Shown here one piece after another: positions 57,676-64,000 of a stretch of DNA of 64,000 bases. Made by a program: the position numbers and the translations under genes. The DNA comes from Calditrichia bacterium (GTDB lineage Bacteria > Calditrichota > Calditrichia > RBG-13-44-9 > J075): assembly GCA_050633245.1 (NCBI GenBank), contig JBOEGD010000011.1, positions 300,983 through 364,982 on the forward strand, given 5' to 3'. The notes under the pieces are model-generated. The model searched no databases and was not told the origin of the DNA. It saw only the letters and a list, made by a program, of their open reading frames with translations. Position 1 is the first letter of the stretch, and every line of letters begins with the position of its first letter.

Positions 57676-59052
57676 ATGGCTTTTGAAGCTTTTACCGCAG
57701 ACTGGTTAGTAGAATGGGTCCGCTCCATAAATGCAAGCGAGGCCTATCGCTCAGCCGGCGCGACGTGGAAATGGCCAATGATTCTTACTATGGACGAGAT
57801 GCCGGACGGCGATACCCGCTCGGTTTACCTCGATCTATTTGAAGGCCATTGCCGCAACGCTAATATTGCTTCTACAGAGAACATGAGTAACGCGCCCTAC
57901 ATAATTTCGGCGAATATGCAAATCTGGCAGAAGTTGTTGAATGGTGAACTCGATCCCATCAGCTCGCTTATGCGTGGTAAGTTAAAGCTTCAACGTGGTA
58001 AGCTGTTTACACTTGCCAAGTATGGGAGTGCAGCCAAGCAGCTGGTGCTATCTGCTCAGCAGATAGAGACAACATTCCCGGGTAAAGATGCTGCTACCGC
58101 GCCGCGACAGAATGGAGAACCTGAAAATCTCCCAATATCAGATGCGAGCGGCAACGGCTTCCACAGCAGTTTTAAAACGACCTCTCCAGCCGGATTGGAT
58201 CATCAAAGTCTGCCTATGCAGTTGTTCCAAAAAGCCAAGCGCTGGGGAATTTGGGATCCCAGATCGATCTCGATGGAGCAAGACCAGAGAGACTGGCAAA
58301 TACTCGATTCGCTCGAGAAAGAAGTGTTGCTACATCTTACAGCCTTATTCCAGGCGGGCGAAGAGTCTGTTACACTAGACCTATTGCCTCTTATGCTTGC
58401 CATTGCCCGAGAAGGTCGAATTGAAGAGGAAATGTATCTTAGTACATTTCTTTGGGAAGAGGCAAAACATACTGAATTTTTTCGACGATTCCTCGATGAA
58501 GTCGCCATAGATAGCAGCGACCTATCTCGTTTTCACAGCCCCAGTTATCGTAAACTGTTTTATGAAGAATTACCCACTGCGATGAATGCCTTGTTAACCG
58601 ATGCCGGTGCAGCCGCGCAAATCAGGGCTTCAGCGACCTATAATATGGTTGTTGAAGGAACGTTAGCCGAAACCGGCTATCAGGCATATTTCAAAATGCT
58701 AAAAGAGAACAATCTGATGCCCGGAATGCAGGAAGGGATTCTTTACCTAAAACGAGACGAATCTCGACATATTGCCTACGGTATTTTTCTTCTGTCTCGA
58801 CTGGTTTCTGCAAATCCGGAGCTCTGGAGAGTTTTAGAAGATCAGATGAATCGCCTTTTAGAGGTCGCCTTGGGAACAATTAATGAAATTTTTGATCGAT
58901 ATGAGACATTACCCTTTGGGTTGAAACTGGAAGATTTTCTTGATTTTGCCATGAGCCAGTTTTCCCATCGCATGAATCGGCTGGAAAAGGCTCGCAAACA
59001 GACGCTAACTGAACTTCTAACAGAGCAAACACAGTTGGCAGAAGACCTATAA
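57676..59052 (+). CDS. SCP2 sterol/lipid-carrier domain fused to R2-like ligand-binding oxidase (Mn/Fe R2lox)
   Basis: aa 1-135 SCP2-like (W..LL.GELDP...M.GKLKL); linker; aa ~163-458 R2lox with GEESV, EEAKH, YNMVVEG.LAE.GY, DESRH. GAGGAG SD. Confidence 0.88.
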   Translation: MAFEAFTADWLVEWVRSINASEAYRSAGATWKWPMILTMDEMPDGDTRSVYLDLFEGHCRNANIASTENMSNAPYIISANMQIWQKLLNGELDPISSLMRGKLKLQRGKLFTLAKYGSAAKQLVLSAQQIETTFPGKDAATAPRQNGEPENLPISDASGNGFHSSFKTTSPAGLDHQSLPMQLFQKAKRWGIWDPRSISMEQDQRDWQILDSLEKEVLLHLTALFQAGEESVTLDLLPLMLAIAREGRIEEEMYLSTFLWEEAKHTEFFRRFLDEVAIDSSDLSRFHSPSYRKLFYEELPTAMNALLTDAGAAAQIRASATYNMVVEGTLAETGYQAYFKMLKENNLMPGMQEGILYLKRDESRHIAYGIFLLSRLVSANPELWRVLEDQMNRLLEVALGTINEIFDRYETLPFGLKLEDFLDFAMSQFSHRMNRLEKARKQTLTELLTEQTQLAEDL

Positions 59053-59053
59053 T

Positions 59054-59085
59054 CAAAGATGACGATCATTTGACCGTCATCTTTG
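59054..59085. terminator. bidirectional terminator
   Basis: CAAAGATGACG...CGTCATCTTTG 11-bp stem immediately after the R2lox stop, between convergent genes. Confidence 0.65.
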
Positions 59086-59108
59086 TACATCTGATCTTAA
59101 AATATTTT

Positions 59109-61163
59109 CTAGCGTTTCCCAATTCCAAATGGATAGTAGATATTGTCCTCATCTCGATTGCCACTTGCATCAGTGTACCAGTCCGTATGAGCAGTCCCGC
59201 TACTATTTATCCAAGGTGTCCAGTAATAGTAGGTGAGATCAACATCGATGCCTTCATAGGGATAGTCCCATACTCCAGGCACATCAAAACTCCAGCTAAG
59301 ATTGTTCTGCATGTAATAATACTTGCCAGAGTTTGCGTTGCTTTTATCATCCTCTGTGCCAAAATAGCTGTCATCTACAAGGTCGGTTGGGGCAGCGCCT
59401 TTGGCATGCAATTCTTTTCCACGCTCTCCGTCGATTATGATGAATGAATTAAATGGCGGGTCCCCAATATCGGCATATGTCTGTACTGAGCCGAATTCTA
59501 TATTGATGGTAACAGTGTCATAATCAACAGGGCGAGTAGCTGCCTGAGTATTTACAAGATCTCCTGCTGCGAAGGGCGTAAGCAGGTCATAGCCATCGTC
59601 GAAGACAATGATTGTAGGTAGAGTCTGATTACTTTCCAATCCTTTTGCATCGATGTTGATATAGCCACTTGTTAGAGAGCTACCGGTTACAGTTGCTATG
59701 GCATCAGAACTGATTGGTAACTGAAATCCAAAACCATTGCGGTTATCTGTTCCCATTGCGCGAATAACAAAGTCTGCAAACATCGCTTTAATGAGATTGT
59801 CAGAATTTGTAACCATAGTAAAATGATGCCCAATAACCAGATCGTTATAGTCAAAGTCACCATAGGAAGGCCATTCATCTTCAAAGCCGATCGTACCAGC
59901 TGTTGCGGGAACATTGAAAGCTTTATTGGCATCACATGGATAATCATCCTGCGTGTTATCAATACCATCGTTATCGCAATCGTCCGGTGTATCAACCGGA
60001 GGTAATTCGTCCACTTTGATGTTTTCGATTTCGCTTGCGGTTACATAAAAAACTGCATCGTTAAAATCATTATCACCACCGTTGCGATTTAGATCCTCAA
60101 AGCCGATAAGTAGAATTTCTCGAAATTCATCATAGAGCAGTACATTGTGTGGGCGCTTTGCCGGATCGCTTTCCGGGTTCAAATCCGGGTCTGAAAAATA
60201 AATTGCGTTGCCATCCTTTAGTGTACGAGCATTTTTGTTCCATCCGTTCGCGACAATAAACCAGCCGATTTCCTTGTTTGGTGGAAATTTGCCCATATAA
60301 ATTTTGTCGCCGCTGTAGAGACCACCTCCACCACCTTTGTAAGAAAAATTTGGAAATACAGCAATCAACTCAGATATATCAGAGACATTCTCCGGCGGAT
60401 TGCCAACATCGTATGTGTAGTAGCCAACACCATTTTTATAGCCGGCACCCTCGTGAACAAAAGTGATCCAGAGCTCCACACTGTCAGTTGTAACAATATT
60501 ACTCTCAGTACCCTCCGCAATATACTCGGGGTGATACGTTGGAACAGGTTTACGTTCAGGCAGAGAGGCATTTATGTCGCGCAGAAAATTTGAGTCCACA
60601 ACATCCCGATCTTCGGTAAGGTAGTTTGGAACACCATTATTGTCCCATTCCCCGATAAACACATATTCTCGGCTTTTCGATGAGCTGTTTGGTGTCACAA
60701 CCGGACCAGTAAAACTGGCTTTTAGTGGTTGCTGTCCACCGAAGGTGTGCGTTAAGGAACCAGACTCAATTACAAGTGTCACCTGATTAACAAAACCGAC
60801 AGACTGGGCTTCAACATAAAGGCTGTCGTATGTTTTCGCGATGCTGATAGTAGATTCAAGCAGCCCGCTGCTGTTCGTTGCGCCAGTAAACAAGATTGCA
60901 CCGAGATTGCCTTGAGCATCAGGGGCTGCACTATAGATGTCTATGCGAATTCCGGTAAGTGGTGAGTTGTCTGGTGCAAGGGTGTTGATCGAAAGCTCGA
61001 TGTTCTGGGTAGTACTAAAATCAAAGTCGTCAGGTGCCTCCAGATTATCTGAGCCGTTTCCACCTGTAACAGGATCAGCTACATGCTCGCCACAGGCCAC
61101 CAGTAATAATAGTGCTGTTGTTAAAAATGTGATGCTGAAACGCAATATCAATTTGCCAACCAT
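59109..61163 (-). CDS. LruC/DUF4842-domain surface lipoprotein (with DUF4114-like and TSP3-like segments)
   Basis: AGGAGG SD, lipobox LVAC, FDFSTT, EGAGYKN, GFEDL..DNDFNDAVF, DCDNDGIDN..D.YP, GFEDEWP..GDFDYNDLV. Confidence 0.8.
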   Translation of the reverse strand: MVGKLILRFSITFLTTALLLLVACGEHVADPVTGGNGSDNLEAPDDFDFSTTQNIELSINTLAPDNSPLTGIRIDIYSAAPDAQGNLGAILFTGATNSSGLLESTISIAKTYDSLYVEAQSVGFVNQVTLVIESGSLTHTFGGQQPLKASFTGPVVTPNSSSKSREYVFIGEWDNNGVPNYLTEDRDVVDSNFLRDINASLPERKPVPTYHPEYIAEGTESNIVTTDSVELWITFVHEGAGYKNGVGYYTYDVGNPPENVSDISELIAVFPNFSYKGGGGGLYSGDKIYMGKFPPNKEIGWFIVANGWNKNARTLKDGNAIYFSDPDLNPESDPAKRPHNVLLYDEFREILLIGFEDLNRNGGDNDFNDAVFYVTASEIENIKVDELPPVDTPDDCDNDGIDNTQDDYPCDANKAFNVPATAGTIGFEDEWPSYGDFDYNDLVIGHHFTMVTNSDNLIKAMFADFVIRAMGTDNRNGFGFQLPISSDAIATVTGSSLTSGYINIDAKGLESNQTLPTIIVFDDGYDLLTPFAAGDLVNTQAATRPVDYDTVTINIEFGSVQTYADIGDPPFNSFIIIDGERGKELHAKGAAPTDLVDDSYFGTEDDKSNANSGKYYYMQNNLSWSFDVPGVWDYPYEGIDVDLTYYYWTPWINSSGTAHTDWYTDASGNRDEDNIYYPFGIGKR

Positions 61164-61356
61164 GATTCGCCAACCTCCTTGTTAGGCTACTTCAGATTTT
61201 ATATAAAATAAATCAATTTCACTCAAACCCATCCAGGGTATAGATTCCTGATCGGAAGTTTTTAGCGTTAACTTTAGAAAAAAGAGAGGGTAATATTTTG
61301 TGGCATATAGTATGTTTCGGCCATAGATAAGAAAACTTAAATAACCGGGAGTATTC

Positions 61357-61827
61357 GTGAATGCACCCATAAAGTTGGGCCTTATTTCAGATACGCATGG
61401 TCTTCTCAGGCCTGAAGCAATTGACGCTCTGTCAGGTGTTGACCATATAATTCACGCCGGGGATGTCGGTGGTGAAAACATTCTATCCGCTCTGCGAAAG
61501 ATTGCCCCGCTTAGCGTTGTCCGTGGTAATACCGATTACGGTGATTTCGGAGTTTCTCTTCCGCAAACTGAAGTGGTCGAGATAGGAGAACTTCTCTTTT
61601 ATGTCGTTCACGATATCGCTGATCTCGATATTCGTCCTGAGGCCGCAGGTTTTCACGCGGTTGTTTATGGACATTCCCATATGCCGCTGGCTGAAAAACG
61701 AAATGGCGTCTGGTTCTTTAATCCCGGCAGCGCCGGGCCGAGGCGTTTTAAACTGCCAATTACGTTGTTCCTGGTAACTGCTTTTGAGAACGATCTTTGG
61801 TATGAGGAGGTTCATCTTCTAAAATAG
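61357..61827 (+). CDS. YfcE-like metallophosphoesterase
   Basis: ISDTH, HAGD, GNTD, HD, GHSH, NPGS. Confidence 0.92.
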   Translation: MNAPIKLGLISDTHGLLRPEAIDALSGVDHIIHAGDVGGENILSALRKIAPLSVVRGNTDYGDFGVSLPQTEVVEIGELLFYVVHDIADLDIRPEAAGFHAVVYGHSHMPLAEKRNGVWFFNPGSAGPRRFKLPITLFLVTAFENDLWYEEVHLLK

Positions 61828-61961
61828 AGTTTACATTGTTTCCACCGTATACCATTTAAATGGTAGCAATTATTGTCTCTTATTGCATATAAAGGAAGAA
61901 AAAGCTAATTTTTCAGACTTTTACGTATTTAAATCTAGTACATAGAATTGGAGATACTCTT

Positions 61962-63980
61962 ATGCGCATTCTAATTTCCGCAGTGCTCATCGCTATTTTT
62001 GCACTGCTAGGCTGTAGCCAACCCAAGCTTGATTCCGGAATAGATCTTTCCAATATGGATAAGGACGTTCGGCCTCAGGACGATTTCTATCGTCATGTGA
62101 ACGGAAAGTGGTTGGAAAGCTTCGAAATTCCAGCAGATAAATCGAATTATGGTTCTTTCTCTAAACTCGCCGATGAGGCAGAGGTAAACCTCCGGGCAAT
62201 TATCGAGGGATCTGCAGCAGATGCCGAAAAGGCCGAAGGTAGCGACGAGCAAAAAGTTGGCGATCTGTTCCTTAGCTATATGGATACAACTCGTTTAGAA
62301 AAGCTTGGATTAACGCCGCTTAAAGAAGACCTCGATCGTATTGCAAAGGTGAATAATCGTAGCGGACTTGCCCATCTGATGGGCTATTTGGAAAAATTTG
62401 GTGTATCCAAGCCATTTGGCTTTTTTATTAATCAAGACCTGAAAAAATCAACTGAATACGCGCTTTATCTTACTCAAAGCGGGCTGGGGCTGCCGGATCG
62501 GGCATATTATCTCACAGACTCAGAGAAGTTTATCGAATATCGTGCGAAATACATTGAGTATCTCGAGAAGATGTTGACTTTGGGAGGCGAAACAGACGTT
62601 CAAGCAAAGGCCGGTCGTATTATGACCATGGAAAAAGCGATTGCCGAGAAGCATTGGAGTCGCAAAGACAATCGTGATCGCGACAAGACATATACCAAAG
62701 TCGCAATGTCTGATCTGTCTACCATTGTTCCCGGATTTGATTGGAAGTTGTTCATAACGGCAGCAGACATTCCCGCGCTTGATAGCATCATCGTTCGGCA
62801 GAATACTTACCTGGAAAGCCTTGGCGAGCTGATGGCCAGCTTTACACTTGAAGACTGGAAAACCTATCTTAAGGCAAAAGCGTTAAGCACCAGCTCCGGC
62901 TATCTAAATCAGGAATTTGTTGATACACAGTTCGAATTCTACGGCAAAGTTCTAAGAGGACGCGAAGAAAATAGTCCTCGCTGGAAGCGTGGTGTGCGCA
63001 CCGTAAATCGCACGCTCGGAGAAGTAGTTGGTAAGGTTTATGTTGAAAAGCACTTCAAGCCGGAAGCAAAAGCCCGCATGGATGCTCTGGTTAAGAACCT
63101 GATGGCTTCTTTCGAAATAGGCATCAATGAGCTTGAGTGGATGAGCGAAGATACCAAGAAGGAAGCCTTGAAGAAGCTCGCCAGCTTTAATACGAAGATC
63201 GGCTATCCGGACAAGTGGAAAGATTATTCTGCCCTTGCCATCGAGAAGGATGATCTTTGGGGCAACATAAAGCGTGCGCGACTTCTAGACCATCAGCGCG
63301 AAATCGAAAAACTTGGTGGACCGATTGATCGCGATGAATGGTTCATGTCGCCTCAGACGGTGAACGCTTATTACAACCCACCGATGAATGAAGTGGTTTT
63401 TCCTGCCGCTATTCTTCAGCCGCCTTTCTTTAATTTAAGTGCGGATGATGCGGTAAATTATGGTGCTATTGGAACGGTAATCGGACACGAGATAAGCCAT
63501 GGTTTCGACGATCAGGGACGTAAATCTGATGGTGATGGCAACCTTCGTGACTGGTGGAGTAAGTCTGATCAGGATGAGTTCACCTCGCGTGCCGACATTA
63601 TGGTGGATCAATACAATCAGTTTAATCCAATCGATACACTTAAAGTAAATGGAAGTCTGACGCTGGGAGAAAATATTGCTGATTTGGGTGGTTTAACCAT
63701 CGCGTATAAGGCTTACAATATTTCGCTGGATGGCAAAGAGGCACCGGTTATCGATGGATATAGTGGTTCAGAGCGCTTCTTTCTGGGCTATGCACAAATG
63801 TGGAGCCGCAAATACCGCGACAATGAACTGCGTCAACGCTTAATAACGGACTCGCATTCACCTAGTGAATATCGCGTTAATGGCGTGCTGGCAAATATGC
63901 CTGAGTTTTACGAAGCATTTGAGGTAAAAGAAGGTGATGGGCTGTTTCGCCCGGATGACCTTCGGGTAAAGATCTGGTAA
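61962..63980 (+). CDS. pepO: M13 family zinc metallopeptidase (PepO/neprilysin-like lipoprotein)
   Basis: Lipobox LLGC, DDFY..VNG.W, VNAYY, HEISH, GENIAD, HSP..YRVNG. Confidence 0.93.
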   Translation: MRILISAVLIAIFALLGCSQPKLDSGIDLSNMDKDVRPQDDFYRHVNGKWLESFEIPADKSNYGSFSKLADEAEVNLRAIIEGSAADAEKAEGSDEQKVGDLFLSYMDTTRLEKLGLTPLKEDLDRIAKVNNRSGLAHLMGYLEKFGVSKPFGFFINQDLKKSTEYALYLTQSGLGLPDRAYYLTDSEKFIEYRAKYIEYLEKMLTLGGETDVQAKAGRIMTMEKAIAEKHWSRKDNRDRDKTYTKVAMSDLSTIVPGFDWKLFITAADIPALDSIIVRQNTYLESLGELMASFTLEDWKTYLKAKALSTSSGYLNQEFVDTQFEFYGKVLRGREENSPRWKRGVRTVNRTLGEVVGKVYVEKHFKPEAKARMDALVKNLMASFEIGINELEWMSEDTKKEALKKLASFNTKIGYPDKWKDYSALAIEKDDLWGNIKRARLLDHQREIEKLGGPIDRDEWFMSPQTVNAYYNPPMNEVVFPAAILQPPFFNLSADDAVNYGAIGTVIGHEISHGFDDQGRKSDGDGNLRDWWSKSDQDEFTSRADIMVDQYNQFNPIDTLKVNGSLTLGENIADLGGLTIAYKAYNISLDGKEAPVIDGYSGSERFFLGYAQMWSRKYRDNELRQRLITDSHSPSEYRVNGVLANMPEFYEAFEVKEGDGLFRPDDLRVKIW

Positions 63981-64000
63981 ATAAAAAAGCCCCCACTTCA

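Noticed and set aside
57676-59052. Call as ribonucleotide reductase beta subunit (nrdB/nrdF)
   Set aside because: No R1 gene nearby, Phe rather than a radical Tyr after EEAKH, and R2lox-specific motifs are present.
1-64000. Many short ORFs (60-210 aa) antisense to or out of frame within long genes, e.g. 2458-3087, 6491-6976, 18683-19198
   Set aside because: Shadow ORFs fully overlapping well-supported genes, with no recognisable motifs.
1-64000. CRISPR arrays, IS elements, integrases, prophage genes, rRNA
   Set aside because: No regularly spaced repeats or such coding motifs were seen; intergenic gaps are all about 300 bp or less.
63981-64000. AAAAAAGCCCCC after pepO, likely the left arm of a terminator
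   Set aside because: Truncated by the window edge; the second arm is not visible.

Overview
Gene-dense bacterial chromosomal window of about 47 CDS with no rRNA, tRNA, CRISPR array, transposase or prophage gene visible. Gene content (bamD-nadD-accB-accC-gcvH, large TPR proteins, a secreted enzyme ending in an NYPNPFNP sorting-type domain, a beta-propeller/YYY sensor kinase) suggests a diderm FCB-group organism such as Calditrichota/KSB1; this is inference only. The first 21.6 kb is mostly housekeeping and envelope genes (mutS, HU/IHF, bamD, nadD, accBC, gcvH, mltG, uvrD/pcrA, TPR and TolB-like proteins). The rest mixes core genes (purD, uvrB, fbaB, mscS) with accessory loci. Best leads: (1) an SCP2 lipid-carrier domain fused in frame to an intact Mn/Fe R2-like ligand-binding oxidase (R2lox), last in an apparent MoxR-VWA-NADPH enone reductase operon; (2) a coupled nucleoside-phosphorylase-like / SPL-like radical SAM pair lacking the SplB H-donor Cys; (3) a CADD-type self-sacrificing pABA synthase with all key residues; (4) nadD apparently starting at a non-canonical CTG; (5) a degenerate REC-GGDEF / REC-DUF4388 / CxC UshA-like trio; (6) a sensor kinase-NarL regulator-amylase module with candidate operator boxes. 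Family calls come from recognising motifs by eye; no searches were run.
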